A stretch of 64,000 bases of DNA from Camelus dromedarius (lineage: Eukaryota): contig NC_087436.1 of the NCBI RefSeq assembly GCF_036321535.1, positions 67,334,001 through 67,398,000 of the forward strand, written 5' to 3'. Shown piece by piece: positions 13,316 to 27,305 of the stretch. Every line of letters starts with the position of its first letter. The first letter of the stretch is position 1. A model generated the notes under the pieces. It was given only the letters and a program-made list of their open reading frames with translations. It did not search any database and was not told the DNA's origin. A program made the position numbers and the translations under genes.

Positions 13316-15204
13316 TTCATTTAGTTTACAGTTTGAATTTAAAAAAAAAATTAGTACTACCTTAGGAAAAATATAATTTTCAGTAAAATTTTAATGTATT
13401 AAGAAACTCAAGTATATTATCTATTGAAGTGTTTTAAAGGCAGTGAATTAGAGGAAGTGTTTGCTATCTTGAGATGGTCAGACTTTTAAAATAATCATTT
13501 TATTAAGTTTTAAAATATTATTTGATAATCTTGGTAACAAGTGACAAAAGAATATGTTATGAACAATATTTGTAAAAATTCAAACAAAAATTAATGTTTA
13601 TCTGAAAGCTCCATATTGATGACAAAATATTGGCACAAAAGAAAAAGATACATTTAAGAGGAAATAGTATACAAGAAGACAGTATAAACCACTGTCTTTT
13701 TTAATACCTCCTTGAAATGACTGCTAAAAATACCCACTCTTGTGATTAAAAGCCTTGGTATATGTGGATGGAATCTGCTCACTATAGCCTGTAGCCAGTG
13801 AAGATATGCAAGTATTATGTAAGAAGCTGTGTACAAAACTTAACTAATATTATAAAATCCTAATGACAGATCACCCCTACGAGTCACTGTCCCTTCTACA
13901 ATGTTGTAGTATTCCACAGTTACTTTTTACCTGACTTGTAGGCAGCTAAGCATTCATGTTATCGTAACATGTCTTAAAACATGTAGTATTCAGTGCTTGG
14001 CATCTGCCAGTTTTAGGGAATGTACAGTCTTCCTAAGTGCTTGCAAATGCCAGATTTTGTTTAGACTTAATATGAGTTTTTAGTTGATTCTTGAAGCCAC
14101 ACCAATAGTGTGCCCTCCTGAGTAAAGTTAGAATTTGAAAGTGAGGAAAATAGACAGGCTTATCCTTGAACAATTGGACAACTTTGTCTCCTAAGAAAAT
14201 GTGGCCTGCACTGCTGGAATAACAAGTGCCTGGGAAGCAGTTAAGACTGTGAGAGAGCAAGTTCTTATTCTCTAGTTACACCCACTGAGGGTCTCTGGTT
14301 TCTGCAAACCAAACTGGAAGCAGAATGTCCTCTCTAATTTAAATATTTTCTTCACATTCTGAAATGTACAAGTTCCACTAGCTGAGCACTAAATTGTATT
14401 ATTTCTTATCATGGCTTGGACTGCTAATAGTAATAAAAATGAGAGCAAAGGGAAATGCGGGAAACGCTAACTAGTTACTCAGTTGATTCAAGATAACAGT
14501 GCTTGAGCAAATTGACAGGACCTTAGTTTCCTAATCTGAAATATGATTGTGATAGTCTCTGCTAAGTTTAAGAATTAGAGTCTTTTATTTATTTTTAGAA
14601 AGCAAATCTATCTTGTTAGGATTTAGCAGCTATCAAATATTCTAATGAAATGTAGTAAAACAAACCAACAAACTGCAATGATGTAATAATAAATCATAAA
14701 CACAAATTCAATATAGTTATAATCTAGAGCCGTGGAATCTTAGAGCAATGTTAGAGCAACCATGTGTCTAGTTGAAGATTGTGAGAATGAGGTCTCCAGA
14801 TGCATATGGGACAGAAGGTGAGGTGAGAGTTAATTGGAGCAAACTACAAGCATGTCCATGCTTCATCTTAATTCATGAATCTACTTTGAAACTTCAGCAT
14901 AGTCCCAATAAAGAGAGAAAAGACCCAATTATCCCTTGAAAACATGGATTACATTACAACACTTTCCTACCAAAGGGGAAATTTTTTCATTACTTAACAC
15001 TAAAGTGCTGAAACCATTAGTATACCCTTTTAAACTTAAAATAAACATGTGTATTATGTGCATGTATTTCCCAATGGAAATCGCAAGTGGTGTCACATTG
15101 CACTGTGGATCCATTAGTAACATAATGGCATCCAACCACAGGTCTTGCTAATGGTTTAAATTGGAAATCAGGGCTTTTTGTTGTTGTTGTTTCTTTAATT
15201 CAAA

Positions 15205-15283
15205 AGCAAGAAAGAAAGAAAAGAAAAGAGATTGAGGGAGGGAGGGGAGAGGAAAAGGGAGGGAGTGGGGAGGAAAAGGAAAG
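15205..15283. repeat. Polypurine (GA-rich) low-complexity tract
   Basis: aagaaagaaagaaaagaaaagag..gagggagggaggggagaggaaaagggaggg. Confidence 0.85.
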
Positions 15284-17894
15284 TTTCTGTCTCTTTCTAA
15301 GTACACAGTGAAAAACTATATTTCTGCTGAGTAATTCAAATATGACACTTCAAGAAAAAAATGAATCAGAAGATGCAGTACTTTGGAAAAGTTATCTAGC
15401 ATGCAAGAATTAATAAAGGGCATAGCGCATGTAAACTTATTGAATAAGATGTTTTTTTTCATGACACAGAGGAGAACTGTAACATTTTAAAATCAGGGCA
15501 TGTGACCTAAATTGGGATAAATATCTCAGGACATACTAAAGCTTGTTTGTGTAAATCATGTACAAAAAAAGCTAATTGGCTCCTCAGTGTGACTTATAAT
15601 GTCATTCTTCGGGCAATATTGCTTTAATTACTAGAAAGAAAAGGGGAGTAGAAAATTTATAGCCATGAAAGAGATGAACCATACCATTACTAGAAAACTA
15701 GGAAAAATTCTATGGTCAAGTTTCAAGTATTGAAATAATTCATATTATGAACTCTCTCTATTTTTGTTAACTGTGTTTTGGGAAAATATGAAAAATAAGA
15801 GACACTTGATTAAAATGTATCTCACTGTAACTAAAGTGTGGACCTCTTGACTGCTAATTTGGCAGTCAGGATACTTAAAAGGGAATTTGTTGGGGTGATA
15901 TCTAGCTTACAGATACTGTTCTTAAATGTAGGAGCCAGAGTTTTTCCAAGAAACCTAGCTGCATTCTTGGTTACTGATAGTGTCTTGAGGCCACCAAGCT
16001 CCATTAAATCTCTCTCTTTTTTTAAAGAGCCCTGCTGAGAATAGTGATTCTGATCATTATTTTCTTAGGAAAATATAGGCATATGTTCACTCATTCTGCC
16101 ATGTTGCACTTAAGTGATTAAAAATTCATGTTCCAAGTAAGAAGCTGTTAAGTAGCTAATTATTTATTCTGTTTACAAGATATGCCCCAACTGGTTAGGG
16201 AAAATGGATGCCGAGGGCTGAAGAAAGCATTAGATATATTTAGGATGAGAAAGCCAACCTGCCTCCTGGTGGGTATATTACCAAGTGGTACAAATTGAAA
16301 GAGTGCCTTAAGCAAACAAACCACCCATTAAATAAATGGAGTATTCATTTTAGGAAAATGTGGGATATCTCTTACCTCTTAATAATCCACACACAAAATC
16401 TATTTGAAATTCATTGTCAGAGAAACTCAATTCATTATGTACCCCAAACTAGCTTATTGAACAGAAGTACATTTTAAATTAAATATATATCACAGAAATA
16501 GTTTTTCAAAAAAGAAGGATCAGGAAGAAAAAAAAGTGGACTTAAAAATTCTAAACCAAAGATATGCACACTAAACTGTTAAAGAATATACCTAGAATAA
16601 AATTGTAAATGGTCACTAAAAAACATTAATGAAAGACTTCTTTATAAAGCCCTCAAAATTAGTAATATGGTTATAATTGGATACTTGATGCAAGCCTCAT
16701 GAAGAGACAAATTTATATTCTGTAAAATTAGTTCAGTAACACTGTCAATTGTCATATTATTCTTATCATTTGCATAAAGGATATACAAGCTGTGACAATA
16801 ATGATAATGTGTGCTGTGGAGTACACATTAATATGTTGTCTAAAGTCAGTGGGCTGTCAGAAAGTGTTCTGAAGAGAAAAGAGCATGAATGAAAATAAGA
16901 GTTTGAAAAGGTGACTGCAGAATGTAGAAACACACAAATGATCATTTTATGAGTTTTTAATCTTTCTTAAAACTTATGTTAGAACTTTGAATGTCACGGG
17001 ACTAAGGTTTTTGCCCCAATAGTGTCAGATATTTCTGAATAAATATATGATTAAATGTTTATTGATAATTTTTAAGGAATAGGGCATTCTTGTTATAAAA
17101 TAGACCTAGGTAATAAATAACATATAATTAAAAAGTTTCAGAGAGTTTTGTATAATATACTCAGAAACCATAATAATAGAATCTAATCTTGTATTATATT
17201 TTTGATAATTCAACACATTGTCTCAGGTCATTATTATAGGTATTTATTAGCATTGCAACTACATTATTTTTTCCAGTCAGAGGGATAATACAGAATAGAT
17301 TTCATCACACCTGGTTTTCTTTTGGACCCTATAATTTAAGGCTGCCACTTTTGGTTATTTCTGATAATATAACAGATGACATAATAAGCCATAAAAAAAG
17401 TTAAAGTTATGGCTAAAAAAAAAGCTGATCCACATCTTGTGACAACTATCTCAATATTCTGGTCATTGTGCAATTTACAGTTTTGTTTACGACTTTTATT
17501 TTCCAACAATGACCAGGTTAATACAACATAAAATGCAAATGTATTAGTTAAAATTATAATTACTAATGTTCTGGGTGTAATTTTTTTTTTTTTGCATCTT
17601 GTTTGACATTGATCCATTTAGTTATTAGCTTTTCAGCACCATAGAAATAATTGCTTTATCCTTTATCATTACTTGTTTAGAACCTGAAAAACATTTACTA
17701 TAACATTGATTGAGTGGTTATCTCCCATTAATGTACATATTATACTGCCATTTGTAAGTTCAGCCTACCTGTAAGACTAATGTAATTGCTTAAGTAATTA
17801 GGTGAGATGTGGAACAAATAAAAATATCTAAGTGATAGTTCCATTTTTTATAAAGCTTCATGCTATACTCTTTTCACTTTGTAATCATCTAGAA

Positions 17895-18080
17895 CAGGAG
17901 TTTGACTTCTGTTTTTTGGTAATAAAGTTTTATTGGAACATTATGATACATAGGCTTTAAGCAACACTTAGAGTGAACATTATGATACATGGGCTTTAAG
18001 CTACCTACAGGCATAAAGCCTGGGAATACATAGCCATCTACTCAGAGGGATTTCACGCATGCCAGGTCTGGCAATCACTG
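17895..18080 (+). mobile_element. hAT-Charlie MITE (MER58A-like) with internal duplication
   Basis: Ends cagg.. and ..cactg; diagnostic taataaagttttattggaaca and aaagcct..ccatct; weak 8-bp TSD atctagaa/atgtaaca. Confidence 0.6.
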
Positions 18081-18189
18081 ATGTAACAGTGGTTACTGTA
18101 GGGAACACACCTTTTAACATCTTATTCTGCACCAGATTTATACTAATTTGATTCTAGTGAAGAATGGAGAACCCTCATTTTGTGCTATT

Positions 18190-18490
18190 ATTCATGTATA
18201 TGTATTCATGTATATGTAAATAGATTTGCATATGTATGTGCATACATGTTTATATACACATATACATATATATATAGCTTATAATTGCTTTGGTTCATGT
18301 TCATATAGAAATTATCTGCATATACATATATATGTATACATACATAATTATGTAAACAAAATATTCATACATAGTTCTATATGAATATCCACTCATATTT
18401 AGATACTTTCAGTGCCATATGCTTTGGGACACAGTCATATAGAAAGTGTATATATGTATACATACACTCATGTATGCAAATATATGAGTA
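18190..18490. repeat. Degenerate (TA)n/(CATA)n low-complexity region
   Basis: Repeated tatatg, catata and tatgtata units. Confidence 0.7.
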
Positions 18491-19594
18491 TACCTCAAAG
18501 TACCTGGCACTGGAATTATGTGAATACTGGAGGGAAATAAGAGTTAGAAGTTTACAGAGCTTGAAGCTAGTCTATGGAAACCTCCAGGATGCAGATATTT
18601 AAAGTTATGTGGAAAAAAAATTGGTTCTCATAATAGCTTGGTCCAAATGGAAATTCTGTCTAGTTAGAAATATACTTGATTATGCATCGTATATAATTAT
18701 AAATGCTTGATACACCATTTTATCAGTAGTGAATAATGCATTTTGTCAATAGTGAATAATAATGCTACAGGAAATATTGATTTATCTTTCCCTTTTCTGT
18801 AAAACTTTCAATTTAAAATTTAAATTGTACTTTGTACAATTACAATCTGTAATTACACAATTATATCAAATAAGGAAGCCATAAAGGAACACAAACTCAA
18901 AGTATAGACGGAAAGTGTTATACAAATATTTCAGAAACTTAAATAAGTACTAGGTCATTTTTCTGGATTTTGAGTTGTTCGTAGCATTGCCAGATTTTTG
19001 GAAAAAGGAAAAGATGGCACCTTTATGAGGTTAGCAGAATAGGCAAATACGTGTGTGGTGAGAATAGTTATTACTCTGTGCATCATGCGATATAGTTTTT
19101 CTCTTACCTGGGTACTTCTGTTACCAAAATTAAAGAATTATACATTCATTCTTTTGGGTAAACCTTTTTCCTGTGGTATTCTTTGAATAGCTCATTTCCC
19201 TGGAATAAATGAAAAATTATCATTCATAACTAGGTGTCAATTATTTAATCAGATCATTTGCTTTATTCATTCATTTACTGAAATTTGTTCCTTGTGGCAG
19301 GAAGAAGAGCAGGCCTGTGAGCTCAGTAATGGAGAAAGGGATTGTTAGGAAATAGCAAAGAAAGTATAGGTAGAGGAGAAGTATCGACAAAGATAAATTT
19401 TACCAGCAGTAACAGTGCCTAAATTCATCCTTCAGCTTTAGAAGGCTGACACCTCTCCACAATCCTTTAAATTTGTGTAGCCTGGTGAATGAAACAATTT
19501 ACCTATTCTGTGCAAAATAATAATATGCCTTGTATATTCCTAGAGTAGTTTCTAGGGAAGTCAAATAAATGGGCATTAGTAAAAACTCTATGAG

Positions 19595-19705
19595 TTTAAT
19601 CGATTCTCACTTTTACAGATGAAGAATTTGAGGCAAATTATTTTACATAGGTTCTCACAGCAAGCTTATGGCAAAACAAGGCTAAAAGCTGAACCCTTTT
19701 GGTTC
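19595..19705 (-). mobile_element. MIR SINE fragment
   Basis: cacttttacagatgaagaatttgaggca..ggttctcacagcaagcttatggcaaaac. Confidence 0.65.
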
Positions 19706-21278
19706 TGGTGTGGGAGCTGAAACCCTTGGGCCTGGGGCAGGGGTACTCCTCTAGTACCTTCCCCGGAGGCTTAACCTCACTTACCTCAGCCTTGCCCCTG
19801 TTTCTTCCGTTTACTAAACTGGTACAAATCTTCCTCTAAAAATTCCTTACTCCAGTTATTCATTACTTGATAATAGTACCAAAAGTATTAGTTTATTCGC
19901 TTTAGACTCATTTTTAACTTTACAAATGTAGAAACAGGAATGCAGATGAAAAGTTGATGAGGGTTATTACTTTGGACATGGACTTTTTTAGGGTGAAAAC
20001 TGCAAATTATCTAAGCTCTCTGGAGACATAATAAAAATAGACTAAATTACACTTTAGTATTTTTTCAGGCCCTCCAATTCTCCTTGGGAGAACACTTTGT
20101 TCTTTTTAAAAAGTCATATTTTTACTTCTCAGTCCTCAATCATTAAAGGAAAAGAATTGCTTATTAGGTGAAACCAGCACATAGAAAATATTAAGTGAAA
20201 CTTGCAATTTTGGGTGAAGAATAATTGACTACACACACATTTATGTTTCTCTATTGCATATTATCAGGATGTCAAATACATCAATGTGGTATAAAAACAG
20301 AATACTAATCCAGTAATTTTAAGATTTTGAATCAGGGTACAAGGTGGGCAAAAATAAGCTATGAAACTAATTATTTGACATACATTCCAAAGTAAAACTA
20401 TGTAACACATTCTTATTTTTCAGAATGTTTGAAGACTATATACTTATGCAAAACAATCTTCTCCCACTCAAAAATGTTTATAAAGTTCCCATGATTCTTT
20501 CTTTTTCCATTTCAGAAATCATGACACATTCTTTTGACTATCCTTTGTGATGAAAACTCTACGTTCATTGATAATGAATTAGTTTTGGAGCCATTACAGG
20601 TTTAGAGTCAAGTCCAATGAGTATTTGCTTATTAAGCTACCTAATATTATTTAGTTTCAAAACAAAGGATATTCATTTAAAGGACTCTGAAAGTAATTTA
20701 TTAAAGAACTTACTCTCCATGCCAAACTACAATAAATTAATAAGTTAAGAAAAACATTATTATTAAATTGAGCTGAAGGTTTGAAAATTTCTTACATTTC
20801 TAGATTCAAGATTCTAATGTCACTTTTGCTGAGAAACAGGACACACGAAAACTGATTTCATTACAGGCAAATTTATATAGTAATGTACATGACTCTGTCA
20901 TGAATCTTATTGTTTCCCTGATAGATTTTGTTGATACTGTTCACACTGTGTTTTGTGTTCATAATACATTCCTTTCTGAAAATGGAAGCATATTTGCATT
21001 TCATTTCAGTATTTACTAGTGTAAAATAGAAACAAAAATTCCTACATATCCTCTACGCTTTTACAGTATACCCACGAAATTTTAGGTGCCTCAAAATAGA
21101 GGAAAAATCTAAACAACAAAAATAAGACCAAAATGAAATAAATTAATCAAAAATACTACAAATACTGTTTTTCAAATAGCCTTTTGTCTGTTACTATTAA
21201 CCAACCAAAATTCAAGATATGTATGAAATTATATATGTATATATGAATGCTATACATGTTTGCATGAAAATTACATCT

Positions 21279-21279
21279 G

Positions 21280-21318
<39 letters not shown>
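21279..21318. repeat. (TA)n microsatellite with one interruption
   Basis: Read directly. Confidence 0.95.
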
Positions 21319-22594
21319 TTACTAGAGTTTTTATATATAAATTCCTTTAATGGGAGAAATTAAAAGATTATTAATAGCAGTAAGTCAGTGATATACACCA
21401 AGAATTTGGGTGATTTTAATCTGAAGGAGCAAATGCTTTATTACAGTCCCTTCTATTGTTTCTTCACACAATACATTTGCAGGCCTCTCTGAGTGTCTGC
21501 AGTGGCTTTTGGCTATAGATGTCTGTCATTTCTGATATATTGTAATTTCTCTCCAACTAGAGAATTTTATTCATTGCAGTGATTAAATGTTTTAAGCAAA
21601 GACAAATAATTCCCAAATTAAAGAGATGTTGTGAAAAGGAATAATAATGATGGCAAGTTATTCATATTTCAAATGATTGTAAAAATTCCAAGACTAATAT
21701 TTGGGCTGAGATTTCTCAATTTTGTCTCCTCTAGGAGAAGACTCTGGGAATCTGTGTGCACATATGCATGCGTATGTGTTTGTATATATGTGTGTGTGTA
21801 CATTTTGCTTCCTCTTATAAATGGGCATTATTGAGGCACTAATTTATTTGTCCTTGACATTCACGTTCGATAAATGTCATTGCAAATGAGAGGTGCATGA
21901 CTTTAATATTTCAGTTTAATCTCATAGGTCATGATACAGCTAAGAAACGTTGCAGTTGAAAGTAGATACTCCCCTAGCATGAATGCAGATAGAAAGGAGA
22001 CACATGCTTTAATGAAAAGGGAGGATTGGGAGGTGAAGTAAGGAGTCCTTTTCAGAAAAATGTATTATTTACATGTCTCTCACAGCTTTCGAACTTTATC
22101 GCACACACTAAACACATGATTATTCAACATGACTAGACTTAAACATTCAGAAAAACCTATTTAGATCTCCGATAATTCTCCATAAACCACATGACTAAAC
22201 AACATTTAAAAAGTGAGAAAACAATAACTCAACCTTGTGAACATCACTAAAGAAATGAATAATAAATTTTCAGAGAGATTTTCTTGGGTTATTAGTACAT
22301 ACAGGTTTTAGTTGACCATCAGACTTTGCCTAGTTATTCCCAACTTGAAGAAGATAACAGTAGATACAGAATGAGTGCAGGAAGTCAGGAAAAAGAACTG
22401 CCAAGTACCTGTGCTTTTTGATTTTGTTTCTTAGTTTTTTAACATAGCCAACAATTTCGGGATCACAGCCACACATTAAGAATTGTTACAGGTTCTCTGA
22501 TCCTGAGAAATATCACCTTAATAAACAATCTAACTGCATTTTTAATGTTTGTTCCTATTTTCTCCTTTCGTTAAGTTATTTCTTTAGATATTAC

Positions 22595-22629
22595 TGAGTG
22601 TGTGTGTGAGTGAGAGAGAGAGAGAGAGA
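22595..22629. repeat. Compound (TG)n(AG)n microsatellite
   Basis: Read directly. Confidence 0.9.
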
Positions 22630-23786
22630 AATGTTGTTCTTTACTTTTTGTTTTTCTTAATTAAGCATCCATCCTAATGATGTGACTTCAGGATGATATA
22701 TAGCATTTTCTCCCTAGCAACCTACTTACTACCTCTAGTCTTCCATCATTTTCTTGAGGAGCCCTAACACTGCCACAGGTAAACTTGTAAGTAGAGGCCA
22801 TCTCCAGATGAAACTTTATTTTAAAAATTTAAATGATAAATTGAACTCTTTAACACAACTTGATTGCCAGTAGGAGTTAGCTAAATTTCAGCTGGATAAA
22901 TTAATGCTTTTTAGAACAGAAAGACAGTTATAATGTATGCACTTTCTTTAATTCCTGATTATCACCCACCTGTTTTTATATAGCAGAAAGTAGAAAGAAG
23001 AGAGAGGTAAACAAAACAACAACAACAGCAAAAAACTTTAAAGTAAGATTATAATCTTGAATTGCTACTAAGAAAATAATATTCCACATGTTTAACATTA
23101 CAAAATTAAAATTCAAATATATAGGATTGAGCATTTTGAATCAGTATACCATTTAGTTAAACTTGGTGAAAATATTTATTTCATCTCAAATAATATATTG
23201 TATGACTTTTCTGAGGAACACACTGCCATTATTTATTTGTGTTTTACATGAATAGAAATAATTCAGTACATAATTTCTGCTTTCAAGGGTGTTAACAATT
23301 AAACTAAACATGTACAGACAAAAAGTGGTTGAATAAAAATGTTCATAGGTACTTAACAATATGTGACAAACTACATCATTTAGAAAGAGGGAGAATACGT
23401 GTAAGAGGAGAACAAGATGATCACAAAAGTCATGCAATTCACTGAACAATGAGCAATCACTATGAGACCACCAACCATGTCTATCTCATTCTCCTACAGC
23501 ATTTCTCAGTGTTTTTCCCATTACAGAAGATAAATTAATATGAAAAATCTGACTTCATTTCTTAGGGCTAATCTAACGATGAGAAGCTAAATTGTGTAAT
23601 TATTTAAATAATTGCAGAGATGAAGTTGGACTCATTTTCTATTTCACGGTGGCATCACCATCAGTGATATCAAAATACATAATCAGTTGTTAACAGATTA
23701 CTTTGGAGGACTGCAAAGTAGTATTTATCCAAAAATTGTATACACGGCCCTTGACATTTATTGCCCAAATTGAGATTATAAAGGAC

Positions 23787-24271
23787 TAATGATTGTTTAT
23801 GTATCAACTTGACTGAACCAAGGGATGTCCAGATAGCTGGTTAAAGTTTATTTTGGAGTATATCTGTGAGGGTGTTTCAAGAAAAGATCAGCGTTTAAAC
23901 TGATGGACTAAAACAGATGGTCCTCCCCAACGTGGATGGTCATCATCCAGTCCATTTAGGGGCTGGATATTACAAAAAGATCAGGAAAGTTGATTCACTC
24001 TGTGGCTGTCTGACTGAGCTGAAAGATAGTTCTTCTCCTTTCCTTAGCAATCCTGGTCCTCAGGCCTTTAGACCCAGACTGGGATCTATATCAGAAGCTT
24101 TCCAGCGTTAAAGCCTTCAAATTATACCACTGGCTTTCCTGGGTCCCCAGCTTGCAGATGGCAGATGGTGGCACTTTTCAGTCTCCATAATAAGTAAGCC
24201 AGTACTTTATAATACATCTTTTCATATGTATATATCCTATCTGTTCTCTTTCTCTGGAAAACCTTAATACA
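23787..24271 (+). mobile_element. ERVL solo LTR, MLT2 family
   Basis: Start tttatgtatcaacttgactg..ccagatagctggttaaa; body ccactggctttcctgggtccccagcttgcagatggcagat; end tctctggaaaaccttaataca. Confidence 0.9.
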
Positions 24272-27049
24272 CGACACAAAATCGAATAGTTTGGAGGGGA
24301 TTTTATGTTTATATTTTTGTTTTATTTTGTTTGGTTAGAACTCTGTTTATTACCAGTTCAGGGGAGTTTCTATTGATGAACCTAATTATGGAGAAAAATG
24401 TTCTTTATCCCTTCACTCCAAGCTGAAAATATGGAGGTCAAGATGGGACTAGTTGTAGAATTTAACATGAGTTCTTTACAGTTGGAGGGGAACAGGAAGG
24501 GAAATTTAATGAACTTGTGTCTGGAAAACCTATAGAATAACAGAGAGATGACTGCTAGGGAGCTGGAATTCAAGTTTTTTAGGCCAAAAGGATATGTGAA
24601 GTTTTCCTAATATTCAAACATGAACTACAGGGGGTAGAGGGACAACAAAACTGCAAGATACAATCTGTGCGGAAGGCAGTACCTGAAAACCAGGTGCCAA
24701 GAAGGAAAATGGAAGTCAATATTTTTTTACTTTCTAGTAGGGAGTGGAAATTTCTTGTCAAGGAAACAATAGGTAAAACAATTCTTAAAATTGGAATGCT
24801 CTAGAAAAACATACAACAGCTCATGAGAGAAAATCAGTTGTGAATATATAAATAGACAATAGTGTGTGAGAACATGTCACGACAGTTACAACTTTCCTGA
24901 TTCTCTCAAGACTAGATAGAGGAGAAGTGGAGATAGAAGTTTGGCAAAGAAAAATATAGAAAGATAGTCACTTTAACCGGCTATTGTAGATTTTTTGTCT
25001 ACTGTAAGGTCCAAATGGAACAGGAAGGAGAAATATAAATAACAATGGAAACTTTGGCTAAGTTTCAGGACTACATAACTGAAATACAGTATTGAGGTTT
25101 TTTAAATGAATCAATCATAGAAATTGCATTACATACAAATGTGTATAATACTGAAAATACAAATGTTTAAATGAGTACAATAAACAGTATCTCACTGAGT
25201 ATTACACAGTTTGTGTCACTTTGCCCCCAAAATTAAAAATGAAAACAAATTTCACCTGCATTTATCACTTTCAGTTACATTAATGCATCAAAGTATAATT
25301 GTAATAAATATATCAGAGAATGCATTCCATTGTTTTCTTTTCTAGTAGGTGCACAGGTAACAGTTGCTTTTCAAACCAAAAATGGCAGTGGGAGGGGAAG
25401 GGTAGGTTAGTAAAGAGAAGTTTTTGTTCTTAAGTATGGAGTTTCTCCATGCATTTCTTTTTTAAAAAAGTGATTTCTCATTAAAAAAAAATAGGCTCTA
25501 GACAACCACATAACACAAAATGTTTACAAATATATTTAGGTACACACAAACATATTTTCAATGAAGTGTTCTGCATTGGGGTGAGAATGCGCTGCTGTTT
25601 TGAATGTAAGAGTTAGTTTCCTATAACAGTATTAGCACAGCTTTGCATTCTTTGAAGTCTGCTTTCTATGTCTATATAGTAATTAAATTATTACATTTTC
25701 TGTTTTTCTTATTTTGAATTTATTCAGGTTTTTGTCATATTATTTTAATGGTCAGATTTATGTCTTTAAAGTTCTCACCCATTGCTCTTAGCACTCTAAC
25801 AAAACTGCCAAGCTTCTGATGAAGGTTTTTACAGCATACCAAATGCTGACTCTGAGATGCATGGCTTTTCCGGGTAAAATAAAAATAAATATAAGAAAAC
25901 AGAATTTTCATTGGACTTGTTATAAAGAACACAGTTTCTTCTGGGAAAATATCAGAATTAGCAAGTAATCTAATACTCAGTTTTAAATAATGAACTTGGA
26001 AAGCAATGTTTTATTATTGTCTTTTAAATTATTCTAAGAATGGCTATGTTTGCCTCCATTCAGGTGGAATAAGATACTATTACTAATATTCCTAGTTTTA
26101 AAAAATGTTTAATCATATATATATATTTTTCCAAATAGCCAGCTAGTTAAATAGAACAAAATTACAATAGAATATTTTATTTTAGAGCACATCACTCCAA
26201 TGAAATTTTTTAAATGTTGAGATGGCATTTTCAAATAGTTTCCAGTAAACAGCATTGTCAAAATCTCATAGAGAACAATTGACAATCAGCAATAAAATCA
26301 AGGTTTTAATGTTTCTATAAAATTATCTGGTCCTTTTGTGACTTACCAGACGGTAGCAACTTACAAATTTCAATAGCCTAGGAAGGATAACAAGCTTCCT
26401 TCGGACTCTCACGTTCCATTGATCCTGCTGATAGAAGCACACACTGGTTCCTACACGGTGACATTAATCACTGTTTCACATTTTTGCTGACTTTCCTGCT
26501 GACCACGAGTGTCATAGACCAACATAATATCCACAACTGAAGGATATATCTTATGTTTCTACACACTTTGCAAGCAGAAGCACTTAATGGCTTTGTTCCA
26601 GACTATCTTTTCAAGGACAATTATAGCAAACATCCTTGGAAAATTGCAGTAACATCTTCTTTCAGTTCAAAGCACAGGGTTTCTTTAAGCTCAGTATAGG
26701 AAAGATAACATCTTCACTGGGGCAAAGGTCAGGTAGGATTGTTGAATGTTACATAAGATTTGGATTCTTTAAACTCAGGGTCTCTCTCCTGTTTATAACA
26801 CACTGCTTGTGGGTTTTTTCTTTAAGAAAAATGAACATGGTTTCTCTTACTTGCAACCAAAGTACTTCTGAATAGACTATTGGTTTAGCTTCGTAAGATC
26901 TATGAATTTATCAGGATTATTTAATCTATTTCACTGCTATGGACAGAGCCTTAGAAAGAGTAAATGTTATTCTGTTTATAAAGTAAATGATCTGGGTCTT
27001 GAGCACAGATATTTTACTTTCAAAACCCAGTACTTAAAATAAATTTTGA

Positions 27050-27305
27050 ATTTCATTGTAATAAGTAGCACATATATGAACTAGACAATTCCAAAAGTAC
27101 AAAAATTAAAATCCTTTTTGTTCCTGTCACACAGCCACCTAATTTTTAACATCCAATCCAACATCTCTGCCAGTTCTTTTTTATTCAAGAGATAATTTAG
27201 ATTCATACAAGTATTTACAATTTAAATTATTTTATAATAATATTAGCACTTAATAACTCAGTTATTCACCTATCTTTTTTCACTTAATTATATATACTGA
27301 TATTT
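27050..27305 (-). mobile_element. Ancient LINE-1 (L1ME-like) 3' UTR fragment
   Basis: aattccaaaagtacaaaa..cagccacc..ttttttcacttaat pattern of old L1 3' ends. Confidence 0.4.

Noticed and set aside
17936..18001. Repeat-spacer-repeat layout as a CRISPR-like array
   Set aside because: Only two units with a 12-bp spacer, in a mammalian MITE, with no cas genes
19785..19835. Perfect minus-strand donor GAG|GTAAGT closing a possible 51-nt exon (RKICTSLVNGRNRGKAE) in a GC-rich patch
   Set aside because: Weak acceptor, unrecognised peptide, and the patch resembles a hAT-Tip100 (MER96-like) terminal sequence
24340..24950. Purine-rich segments that may be ancient LTR or L1 remnants (also ~7740-8130, ~9300-9900, and a possible hAT MITE at ~2345-2600)
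   Set aside because: Too diverged to assign a family by eye; needs a Dfam HMM search
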